Positions 33,700 through 43,687 of a stretch of DNA of 64,000 nt are shown here, one piece after another. The stretch lies in contig CAVOHZ010000010.1 of assembly GCA_963695855.1 (NCBI GenBank), positions 32,001 through 96,000 on the forward strand, in the 5' to 3' direction. Each line of letters begins with the position of its first letter. The first letter of the stretch is position 1. The notes beneath the pieces were generated by a model. The model searched no databases, was not told the DNA's origin, and saw only the letters and a list, made by a program, of their open reading frames with translations. The DNA is from an uncultured Nitrososphaerales archaeon (lineage in GTDB: Archaea; Thermoproteota; Nitrososphaeria; Nitrososphaerales; Nitrososphaeraceae). Position numbers and translations under genes: made by a program.

Positions 33700-34030
33700 A
33701 AATTAGACTTATTCAGTTCCTCAAAATGTTCTACAAAACCTAGTGAATATACTATATCAAACAATTGCATGTCTTTATTGAAATTCTCAAAATAAAATTC
33801 TCTCATAAACTTTTATTGGAATGCCTGATGCATTCATATTCTTTATTGTCTGCTCATTGCCAATTTTTGAATAATCCAATGAATGGACATGATATTTAAA
33901 TTTCTTAGTCATGCATATTAAATATCCAACATTCGAACCAGGGATTTCTAGTATATGAAGGGTTTAATTTACTGGGAAATACTTATCCAAGACAACACTC
34001 CTTGTCTTTGTAAAATAAAAGAGTATAACC
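33700..34030 (-). pseudogene. SAM-dependent methyltransferase fragment
   Basis: HILEIPGSNVGYL..HSLDYSKIG..VYSLGFVEHFEE with stops and frameshifts, adjacent to an IS. Confidence 0.65.
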
Positions 34031-34096
34031 GATGTATGGGATAATACATATTAGAGAAATAAAATATATTCAACAGCAAGAATTGAAGATATAAAA

Positions 34097-35133
34097 TAGA
34101 TCGTTTGCGTAATTAGATAAAATCTATTATATATCTTGATGATGCCTTATATTGCTATCATCTTCTGTTGTGTATTATTCGATAATTTACTAAACCAGAA
34201 ACAATATCTGACATTGTATCGTATCTTTTCAATCTGTTTCTGTATTTGTTTCCCATAATACTAAATTTCTTTATTCTACATATAGTATGTTCTACTATTA
34301 CTCTCTGTCTACGATGTCTTTTGTTGTACATTTTCTCTTTTTCTGTAAGGTCAATATTACGTTTCTTCTTTACAGGTAATACTGCTTTGATATCTGGAAA
34401 ATCTTTTTCTACTCCAATATAACCAAGATCAAAATAGTTTTTTACATCTTTTGGTGTTGTCGGATGAACATCTTTGTATACTGTATAGTCATGCTCTCTT
34501 CCTTCTTCATGGTTTGATTTATGTAATATTTCTCCTTTTTTGTTTACCATATACTGTGTCTTTACAGTATGTTTTTTCTTTTTTCCAGAATAGTACTCTT
34601 TTCTTCTTGTTTTGTCTGTAGGTACTGGAATTTCCTGTTCTGTTGAATCTATAAATGCTTTAAATCCTGGAAAATACAGTTCTACTTCATCTACTGTTCT
34701 TAATCTTCTTGTTACGTTGTATATTTTTTGAGGTAGTGGAATACAACTTTTTACTATAGGTTCCATATATCTTACATCTCTATGTACATTGCTCTGATCC
34801 AGATCAAACAAAAATCCTGTTAATGCATTGGTTATGTATAGTTTATAGTACACAAGAAGCATAACAAATCTATCTCTTGTTGTATGTTTGAAATGTCTTC
34901 CAGCTCCTAAATTTCTTTTTCTCTTTCTTTTTGATAGACGTTTTATCTCATATTTTGGATATTTTGATTCTACTTGCTTACAAATAGAATCAAACTCAGA
35001 TAATTCCAATCCTGTAAAGGATCTAAACAATAACGGTTTTTTAGATAAACTATCATAATTGAGCAAATTTATGAGAAATTAGTATAGAAATGAGGAATAT
35101 AGCTGTAAGCTTTCTAATTATGCAATAGATCTA
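34097..35133 (-). mobile_element. IS5-superfamily (ISL2-type, DDE_Tnp_4) element with intact transposase 34158-35066
   Basis: Imperfect TIR tagatcgtttgcgtaattag / ctaattatgcaatagatcta; FRSFTGL, IDSTEQ, YSGKKKKHTVK, DLGYIG, RVIVEHTICRIKKF. Confidence 0.93.
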
Positions 35134-35163
35134 ATAAATACTGAAATAATAAACACCATACTG

Positions 35164-35886
35164 ATGTCAACACAAATAAAATATGAAATTAAAAGAGCAG
35201 GTCTCTTATACTATTTCAAGCTAATTTGTCGGGATATTTTAACTTCTTCAAATGATAAAAAAATGAATTTTCTTGAAATGTTTCAAGATTATGAAGAATA
35301 TCATAAAGAAATTAATACAGGAAAGAAATTCCGCGCCGAATTAATTAAAGGTTGGATTGAAAAAAATTCAACCGTATTAGATGTTGGTATTGGAGATGGC
35401 GTAATAGCAGAATATCTTATGAATGAATTAAATGTTAAAATTCAGGGTCTAGATATTTCAGAAAACGCATGTAAAAAAGCAAAAGAAAAGGGAATCAGCG
35501 CAGATGTTCGTAATATCAATTATGGATTAACCTTAAGAGATGACGAAATTTATGACTATATATTATTGATGGAAGTAATAGAACATACAGTTCAACCAGA
35601 GAAAGTAGTGATGGATGCTGTAAGACATGCAAAAAAAGGTGTTATTGTAACAATACCAAATAGCGGATATATTAAATGGAGAATTCAATTATTAAGAGGC
35701 TATTCACCTAGACAATCTTATACGCATCTACATTTTTGGTCAATTAAAGATTTTGAAATTTGGTGTAAACTTTTAAACATAAAAATAAAATCGTTTACAA
35801 CAATATTGCCTAAATATACTTCAGTCTTTAAGAATCTTTTAGCATGGCAACAATGTTGGTTATTGTATCCTAAAAGAGATTATTGA
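35164..35886 (+). CDS. SAM-dependent methyltransferase (MetW-like)
   Basis: VLDVGIGDG, MEVIEH, TIPNSGY..WRIQLLRG, HLHFWS. Confidence 0.88.
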   Translation: MSTQIKYEIKRAGLLYYFKLICRDILTSSNDKKMNFLEMFQDYEEYHKEINTGKKFRAELIKGWIEKNSTVLDVGIGDGVIAEYLMNELNVKIQGLDISENACKKAKEKGISADVRNINYGLTLRDDEIYDYILLMEVIEHTVQPEKVVMDAVRHAKKGVIVTIPNSGYIKWRIQLLRGYSPRQSYTHLHFWSIKDFEIWCKLLNIKIKSFTTILPKYTSVFKNLLAWQQCWLLYPKRDY

Positions 35887-36110
35887 TTTATTAAACTTGG
35901 TAAATCGGTTCCATTAACTTCAATATTAAAATTTTTATTGAATATTTATGTTCTTGCATCAGCTATAATAAAATTTTCCAGATTTATTTAGATGAAGGTA
36001 GCAAAGCATAGATACGCAATTTAATTTGTTGAAATTTAACCATAGGCTCTATCTGTAGTAGATGTATGCACAAGTTATAAATCAGAATATGGATTAACAA
36101 TAAAATAGGA

Positions 36111-37007
36111 TTGAAAAACTTACATACTATATTAATTACAGGTAGCAGGGGTTTTGTAGGAGATCATATTTGTAAAAGTTACTTTAAAAATAAATATCAT
36201 CTAATAACAGATAATCCTACCCATAATCAAAGAAATGATATAACAAAAATGGAATATTTCGAGAATTTTGATGACAAAATAGACTTAATAATTCACCTAG
36301 CTGCAAAAACCTCAATAAATGATTCGTTAACAGACCCTTATGAAACTTATTATAAAAATATTGTAGGTACTTTAAATGTACTTGAATTTGCTAAAAGAAA
36401 AAATATTTCCAATTTTATTTTTTTAAGTACATATGTATATGGAGAACCACAATATCTTCCTATAGACGAAAATCATCCTGTTAATCCTCATTCACCTTAT
36501 AATAAAAGTAAAATAATAGGTGAAAGTTTATGCGAAGATTATTCGAAAATATTTGGGATCAATATTGTTATTTTGAGACCATTTTATTTATATGGATATG
36601 ATAGGAAAAAAAATACATTAATTAGATCTATTTTGGATCAAATTAATACTACTGAAATAGTAAAACTTAGTAGTGAAAAAACTAGTAGAGATTTCCTGTA
36701 CATTAGTGACTTCATTGACTTATTAAATAAAATACTAAATCAGTTTCCCTCTGGTTGTAATATCTACAATGTTGGATCTGGCACTAGCTATACTATTACA
36801 GAAATAGCTAGGAAAATTGCAAATTTATTAAATAAAAAAATAAGCATCTGCTATGACGGGTCAATACGAAAACAAGATATAAATGAAATGGTTGCGGATA
36901 TAACCAAAATATCTAAAGAGTTTGATTGGAAGCCTAAAATAGATATCGATCAAGGATTAACATTAACAATAAAAAAAAGTAAAGAAAAAAAAGAAAATAA
37001 TAATTGA
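36111..37007 (+). CDS. NAD-dependent epimerase/dehydratase
   Basis: TGSRGFVG, HLAA, YNKSK, YNVGSG. Confidence 0.92.
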   Translation: MKNLHTILITGSRGFVGDHICKSYFKNKYHLITDNPTHNQRNDITKMEYFENFDDKIDLIIHLAAKTSINDSLTDPYETYYKNIVGTLNVLEFAKRKNISNFIFLSTYVYGEPQYLPIDENHPVNPHSPYNKSKIIGESLCEDYSKIFGINIVILRPFYLYGYDRKKNTLIRSILDQINTTEIVKLSSEKTSRDFLYISDFIDLLNKILNQFPSGCNIYNVGSGTSYTITEIARKIANLLNKKISICYDGSIRKQDINEMVADITKISKEFDWKPKIDIDQGLTLTIKKSKEKKENNN

Positions 37008-37064
37008 ATACTATTATTTAGTCAACATGTACGTCTATAACATATTATGAAAGAATTACTTAAA

Positions 37065-37420
37065 ATAAGAAATGGATAAAGATTAGATGGTACTATTTTC
37101 GGCAGGGACATGCTACTTATTTGGCTTTTATGATGACTTTTGCTAATTTTATTACTATTGAATATGCTCTGTTGATCGATGAAGGTCCTATTCTTTCTTC
37201 AATATTTAGCAACATATTGATCTTCGCAGTAATTTTTATCATGATATATTTTCCTCTCACTCTCTATCATAATAGGATATTGGCATAGAAAAAATGAGTA
37301 ATGTGGAACAAGAAGCCTTGTTCAATAATTGTATGATAGATGCAACAATGGTTATATCTGTTTGAATATCTGGAAGGTAAATTGACAGAGCAGGAGAAAA
37401 AAATCTGATGAAAGAAAGAT
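37065..37420 (+). pseudogene. Decayed paralog of the membrane protein at 29505-29957
   Basis: IRWYYFRQGHATYLAFMMTFANFITIEY...IYFPL..GYWHRKN with frameshifts. Confidence 0.7.
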
Positions 37421-37489
37421 CAATGAAGATTACGGCAGGAAAAAAAGTATTATAAAGTTCTTATTCATAAACATTGATGTAGACAATAT

Positions 37490-38446
37490 ATGAAAATTTT
37501 GCATTTAAATGATCAGGCAGGCGTATCATGTGTACTTGCCAAGTATCAAAATAAGTTAGGAAATGATACCAAAGTAATTAAAGCTAGCGATGACAAATAT
37601 GGTATATATGAATATTATCGTAATTATGTTCAATTAGTTGGACAAGATGAGTTTATAGAAAAATCCTTGGAAGAGGCAAAGCATTATGATATTATTCATG
37701 TGCACAGTTTATTTGGAATGATTTTTTATCTGAGAAAGAAATATGGAACCTCAAAGAAGATAATATTACATTATCATGGAACAGATATTAGAGGAATAGA
37801 TAATTTTGATCAGAGAAAAAGAGCATTTAATGAAAATCTCTTATTATTAATATTGAAAATTATTAAAAATAAAAAAAGGGAAAAAAAAATTAACCGTATT
37901 GCAGCACATAGACTTGCACAGATACTTTCTGATAATGTACTAATATCTCAAAAAGATTTATCAATTTATGTTAAAAATGCAAATTACATTCCGATTCCAA
38001 TTGATATAGATCATTTTTACAAGCATGAAAATCCTAATAAAAGAAAAGCATTACTATTCAAAACAGAAGCGTCTAATATGAAAAAAACCTTAGAAACAAT
38101 TACTAATAATTTTAACTTTTTAGCAGAAGTACATGACAGAATTTCTAATCCGATTAAATATAGCAAAATGCCGGAATTTTTGAATCAATATGAAATGTAT
38201 ATCGATATTAGGTTTATAAAAGAACTTCTTTTGGAAGACCTCAGTACAACCTCATTACAATCCTTAGCATGTGGCTTAAAAGTGATAACTCCACAATTAA
38301 AAATATTGGATACTTTTCCTCTTCAACATAATCCGACACAAATAGTAGATAGATTATTGGCACTTTATAAACAAAAACAAAAACAAAAATCTAGTTTAAG
38401 AATACAAATAATAAGCAACCTATTAAAAGCAAATTATCAAATTTAA
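37490..38446 (+). CDS. GT-B (GT4-like) glycosyltransferase
   Basis: MKILHL, DIIHVHS, HYHGTDIR, PIPIDIDHF, LQSLACGLKV. Confidence 0.8.
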   Translation: MKILHLNDQAGVSCVLAKYQNKLGNDTKVIKASDDKYGIYEYYRNYVQLVGQDEFIEKSLEEAKHYDIIHVHSLFGMIFYLRKKYGTSKKIILHYHGTDIRGIDNFDQRKRAFNENLLLLILKIIKNKKREKKINRIAAHRLAQILSDNVLISQKDLSIYVKNANYIPIPIDIDHFYKHENPNKRKALLFKTEASNMKKTLETITNNFNFLAEVHDRISNPIKYSKMPEFLNQYEMYIDIRFIKELLLEDLSTTSLQSLACGLKVITPQLKILDTFPLQHNPTQIVDRLLALYKQKQKQKSSLRIQIISNLLKANYQI

Positions 38447-38684
38447 GATGCATTGTAAAATAAGCTACAGAAAAGACTGGTATTATATATAGATGACAAA
38501 TTATGAGTTTATTAAATTACCAGAAATATCAAGATATTATATTCAACGATAATGTAATTTAATTATTAATAACTTCTAATGACATTAGATATTCAGCGTA
38601 CTAATGAATTTCATATTTAAATTTAGAAGAATTTTTAATTCATTGATAATCACTTATATATAATTAACAGAATTCTGTTTCTCC

Positions 38685-39653
38685 TCAAAACGTCCATAAT
38701 TCAGATTTAAAGTCTTTGTACCATTCAATCAACATTTCGATTCCGTTTTCAAACGATATCATAGGTTTAAAATTCAATAATTCTTTTGCGCGAGTTATAT
38801 CAGCATATAATCGTTGAACTTCAACAGGACGTGATTCTACGTGTTTTGGTTCCAGTTTCTGGTTATTGTTTATTCCAGATTTATCTATAATTACTTCTGC
38901 TATTTTATTTACAGATATCTCGCTTCCTGAACCGAAATTTATTCCATCTTTGCCTGGATTACCTTTGGTTTTTAGAATCAAATCATATGCATTTATTACA
39001 TCGCTTACGTATGTGTAGTCTCTTGTCTGTTCTCCATTTCCATATATTAAAGGAGGTTTATTCTGTAACACTCTGTTGATAAAAATCGCAATCACTCCAC
39101 CATAACCAGTATCTTTTTGTCTAGGTCCATAAAAATTAAAACATCTAATTATATCTACACCTAGATCATATGTCTCATTGTATGTATAACATAATCTATC
39201 TGCTGCAATTTTGCTAACTCCATATGGATGTTGTGCACCAAGGAAATGTTTTTCATCCATAGGTACATATTGTGCTGAACCATACACCTCACTTGTTGAT
39301 GCAAACAAGATTTTATTAATATCATTAGTTCTACAATATTCTAATAGCTTTAATGTCCCGTTTACATTTATTTCAAAAGTTTCTTCAGGATTAACTATTG
39401 ACCGGTCCACATGAATTTGAGCAGCTAAATGAATAACTGTATCTAGGTCATTTGGAATTTTAGTATATATATCATTTTTTCTGATGTCATCATAAATAAA
39501 TTTAAAATTCTTTTTATGTAAAAGAGTCCTAATATTATTTAAATTTCCATTACTAAGGTTATCAATTCCATATACTGTGTGTCCTTCCCCTACATATTTT
39601 TCTGATAAATGACTTCCTAAAAACCCTGCTGCTCCTGTAATAAGAATTTTCAT
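38685..39653 (-). CDS. NAD-dependent nucleotide-sugar dehydratase/epimerase
   Basis: TGAAGFLGSH, HLAAQIHVDRS, STSEVYG, YGVSK, YGPRQ. Confidence 0.95.
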   Translation of the reverse strand: MKILITGAAGFLGSHLSEKYVGEGHTVYGIDNLSNGNLNNIRTLLHKKNFKFIYDDIRKNDIYTKIPNDLDTVIHLAAQIHVDRSIVNPEETFEINVNGTLKLLEYCRTNDINKILFASTSEVYGSAQYVPMDEKHFLGAQHPYGVSKIAADRLCYTYNETYDLGVDIIRCFNFYGPRQKDTGYGGVIAIFINRVLQNKPPLIYGNGEQTRDYTYVSDVINAYDLILKTKGNPGKDGINFGSGSEISVNKIAEVIIDKSGINNNQKLEPKHVESRPVEVQRLYADITRAKELLNFKPMISFENGIEMLIEWYKDFKSELWTF

Positions 39654-39856
39654 ACTTCTGAAAAGATAGATAAGAGCTGATTAAAGTATTTTCTTTTTGC
39701 ATAAAAAATTTAATATACTTACTAAAAAATTATTATAATTATCTTAGGATCAGGTCAGGAATATGTATAATCTTTTCTACTCAAACAAAGTAATTCCGTA
39801 TAAAGATATATGTGTTTAATTGGATACGATATCCATTCAATTAACTAGTACTAGTA

Positions 39857-40048
39857 TCATTTATCTGACCAGTTAAATTCCATATCAGTCAAGGATGGTT
39901 CTGCTAGTTGATGATCTATCGTTTTATCATTGGGGTTTTTTTTACCACCGGATCTGCGGAGTATTGAGTTTAGAGCATTGTTGATAGACTTAATATTCAC
40001 AATATTAACTATGTTTGATTTTGCTCTGGCTGTTTGGAACATACCCAA
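39857..40048 (-). CDS. Small hypothetical protein
   Basis: 63-aa ORF with an upstream TATA-like sequence; no motif. Confidence 0.35.
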   Translation of the reverse strand: MGMFQTARAKSNIVNIVNIKSINNALNSILRRSGGKKNPNDKTIDHQLAEPSLTDMEFNWSDK

Positions 40049-40109
40049 TTAAACATAAATAGCTATAAATAATTGATGATAGATAAACATCTAAAATTTT
40101 TAATTAACA

Positions 40110-40510
40110 ATTAACAATAGAAGATATGGACGCTTATTATAAAGATAAATTATCAAATATTTGTCTATAATTTTGTTATTATAAAAAATATAATAGGATT
40201 TTTTAGTTAAGAATAATAGATTAATTGCATATTTAACCTATATAAAACTTTTAGAAGGCTCTACAAGAACATTTCTTAGAAAACGTTTTGTGCACTTTTT
40301 GCCGGCTCATCGTTCTTCTAACATGTCCTGGTTGGGTTGGAAAAGTTATATCTGCCCTCCTACGGTGTCTAGGAGCCAAAGTCACCGTTACCGAAGTCAA
40401 CCCGATAAAAGCGCAGGAAGCGCATATGAATGGATTTAATGTTTCCAGAATGAAAGATGTTACAGGTATAGGATACTTTTTTTCACAACATGTACAGGAC
40501 AAACAAGTAT
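40110..40510 (+). pseudogene. Partial duplicate of the ahcY upstream region fused to an internal ahcY fragment
   Basis: 40110-40328 aligns with 45485-45708; 40329-40509 aligns with 46453-46630 (GWVGK..LGAKVTVTEV.PIKA.EA.M.GFNVSRMKDV). Confidence 0.88.
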
Positions 40511-40697
40511 GTATTCAGGTTTCACCCCGTATGCAAGCAACAACAACAAGAAAATATAAAATTACAAAACAAAATTAAATATTTTTGATAAAGCCAAGCC
40601 TGTATACGAATATGCTATAACAAATATTGGTGCTGGAGCGTAATCCAATATAGGAAAAAAATAGTGGTTTTTACCTTATTTCATGGATTTTTTTAGA

Positions 40698-41045
40698 TTA
40701 CAGTTTTTTGACCTTGTCAATTAGACTGAGAGCATCACATCCTGACTCAGTAGTTATATATAGTAAATGACTTTCATCCAAAGGCAGCGTAATACGTTTA
40801 ATCTTTTCATATTCTGCCAGAACAAATTTTCCCTTTCCAATCTTTGGTGCAAGTTTGCTACGTATCTTCCAAGCGTTGAGAGCAAGTTGAAGAGATTCTT
40901 TGCTTTCATCTTTTGATAGTAAATTAGTTACTCCTGATTTATGTTCTGAAAATACGGGTTTCTCTTGTTTGGTATCAAATATTGTTACAAATCGGACGTT
41001 AGGGTCCATGGCCATGATATTTTTTCCTATTTCATTATAATTCAT
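40698..41045 (-). CDS. Thaumarchaeal roadblock/profilin-like small protein
   Basis: DPNVRFVTIFD..LAPKIGKGKFVLAEYEKIKRITLP pattern. Confidence 0.7.
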   Translation of the reverse strand: MNYNEIGKNIMAMDPNVRFVTIFDTKQEKPVFSEHKSGVTNLLSKDESKESLQLALNAWKIRSKLAPKIGKGKFVLAEYEKIKRITLPLDESHLLYITTESGCDALSLIDKVKKL

Positions 41046-41608
41046 TGTGATAATATAACACTCTTACTTAATAAGAATAGAGTTTTTGTTGTCACGATTG
41101 ATGAGGCATATATCTAATTTTATTAATATTACAACAAAAACTCATGAATACTATATAGTGAATCTGTCGCGGCTTTCAAGTCAATGTGAATAACTCATCT
41201 TTTCTATTAAATAACTTGTATATGAACATTGATAAAAACGGGACCGTCGGGTTGCTAGGCATTTTTGCCTCTATTCAAGAGAATTACATTAGGAAAAAAT
41301 CTTTCAATTACAGAACATCATTTTCCTTTGATATATCTAAATTTTGTTTAACAGGCTTATCCGGCAATTTTGAATAACCCAGATAATCTATAATCTGATC
41401 CTCAGATAATCTTTTTTGTGCTTTTAATCTAAACTTTTAATTCATCTTTATTTGATAATTTATCAGGTATATTTTTTGCATTATTATTAGATGTTATTTT
41501 GATATATTCTATGAAGTTTGGATTATCTATTATCGAACCACTAAAATCTGTATATTTTGGTAAATTTCAAGTTTGAAATTTCACCTGGTATAATTAAGAT
41601 AGAGTTAA

Positions 41609-41929
41609 TCAACTTCGCATCAGAAAAAATTTCTTTAAAAATATACGAGCAACAATTGATCCTTCCAAAGTAAAACACCCAATGCCAATAGTTGCAGCAA
41701 CAAATACAGTATCTGTTACTGATGCAAATGATTCGCCTATGACTGGCATAAATGTTGCAGCTATAAGAATTATAAATCCAATCAATGCGAATAATCCTAA
41801 AACTATGGTCTTAATTTCATGATTTTGAGCATCTCTTTTATAATGATAAGACTTATTCGATATGTTTTCATAAATAAATAGTGTAAAGATGAGATAATAA
41901 TCAAATAAAATGCTATTAGTAGAATTCAT
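41609..41929 (-). CDS. Hypothetical membrane protein
   Basis: Two hydrophobic segments; start uncertain. Confidence 0.45.
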   Translation of the reverse strand: MNSTNSILFDYYLIFTLFIYENISNKSYHYKRDAQNHEIKTIVLGLFALIGFIILIAATFMPVIGESFASVTDTVFVAATIGIGCFTLEGSIVARIFLKKFFLMRS

Positions 41930-42221
41930 TTATACATTATGCTAGGTAGTAGGAAGCGGATTAGTATATTTAGTCGGATTTTACTACCTTGTATTTAGTT
42001 GTTATTATTAGCAACTTATAATGATAACAAATTAAGAATAATGAGTCCATTAAATATTTTTTAGTAGTGGTATCAGCACGGATGCGTTGGCAGTTGAATA
42101 GGTACGGCTTCCGTGTTCACTAACAGAATATCGCTAGAGTAAAGGATTAATTAATTTGGATGATTAAAAAAGAAAAGAAATATAGTTAAATTTGGTATTA
42201 TGATATGGTAGCAAAAGGTAT

Positions 42222-42693
42222 TCATTCTTGGTTGATAAAGTTGAGGTTGACACATACATTTACCAGGTTTTTATCGAAGTTTATTCGGTCACCAAGTCCG
42301 TTACCATTTTCTGTATTTGCTAGGTCTGCTGCTCCTCCTTCATTTGCTGCTGCCCAAGCAGCAGGGTCTTGAGGTATTTGTGTGATATCTACACCGTTTA
42401 CGTTAAGGTTCTTATTGAAAAATTTTATTTCTTGCTGATTTGCAATTTTTTTATCTTTTTTTGGTTCCGGATAATAACTATTATCATAGTTATCATATCC
42501 ATATCCATTATCGTCGTATCTGCTGTTATCATACTGGTCCCCGTATTGATCACCGTGGGAATATCTATTGTCATAATCTGCATCGTATGGTACTGCCTAT
42601 GCATTTGTATTTGTTGATGGGTTTAGAACCAATAGACCTGTCGCTAGTATTGCTGCCATTATAGAGGCCAACACTTATCTTTTTGTTGCTCAT
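42222..42693 (-). pseudogene. Secreted YD-rich / NLNVNG..KNLVNVC-domain protein, disrupted
   Basis: MAAILATGLLVLNPSTNTNA*AVPYDADYDNRY..YGYDNYDNSYYPEPKK..NKNLNVNGVDITQ..NFDKNLVNVCVNLN; TAG at 42597-42599 and a frameshift near the start. Confidence 0.75.
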
Positions 42694-43305
42694 CGTTTGT
42701 TATTTACAATTTTAATATATCTAAGGTTGGAAGGAACATTATCTAATCTTGTAATATTCTATTATTCTGAATTATTGACAATATGAAGAATAGAAAAGAA
42801 AAAAATGGTGTTTGGGTAGGAAGAGAACTACTTACTAGGACTGCAGGAGTGCTGCAGCAACGAGTACGGGTTCGATGTAATTATTTACATATATGTAACT
42901 AATTGGATTAGAAAATACTATACTATAAATGTCAAAAATAATATCAATAACAACTGTTTCAATAATATTTAAAGTTTAGACATTTCTCTTAGCAAAAATG
43001 TTCTAAAATAAGATTTTGATAGACAGTACCAAAAGTACAATCTCATCTTCGTACATCTTTGTACTATTCATGTATTATCTAGGTGATTGTACAAGAATAT
43101 GTGAAATGGTATTTATTGATTTCACTGATATATGTAATTCAAGCGAAACTATCAACATGGGGATTAGGATTCAAAGGTATTAGCTATATTTGGCGGTGGT
43201 TTCTTTAATTTATTGTTTTTATAATCATGAAATATAATTTTGGGACAGATATTGAGATTAAGTTTTACTTGTATAGCTTTACCATCGTGAAAAATATGCC
43301 TAGTG

Positions 43306-43330
43306 TGGAGGGCATGGGATTTGAACCCAT
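43306..43330 (-). other. 3'-terminal fragment of a tRNA (likely tRNA-Ala); possible att site
   Basis: Minus strand ATGGG-TTCAAAT-CCCAT-GCCCTCC-A: perfect T arm, 3' acceptor strand with U70 and A73; no 5' half. Confidence 0.7.
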
Positions 43331-43687
43331 TATTCGTATTCACACGTTAATACAATTTATAAATAATCAAGAAAATAAAGTTTATTGATTTTTCTAAATG
43401 TTCCACAATTGTAAAAACAAGGTGCAAACTTACAGACAAAAAAATTGAAATATTGCAAATAATAAACCAGTCATTGTGAGAAAATTGAAACCAGATCAAC
43501 AATAACCAACCAAATTGTAAACTAAACAAATTTGTATGGATATAATGATTAGGATTTGATGTGTTGAGTTATTTTGAGAATGAATTCGCTAGATAAAAAA
43601 TAGAATAAAAAAAGTTGTTGTAGTGATTTAGCCCAAAAAAAGGTTGTGGTAGTGTTGGTGCCACCTTAGTGATGTTCTATCTCTAGT

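Noticed and set aside
42597-42599. In-frame TAG as pyrrolysine or recoding
   Set aside because: The gene also has a frameshift; CAG>TAG decay is simpler and no pyl genes are visible.
42835-42880. GC-rich patch ending gggttcgat as a tRNA or ncRNA
   Set aside because: No closing T stem or cloverleaf.
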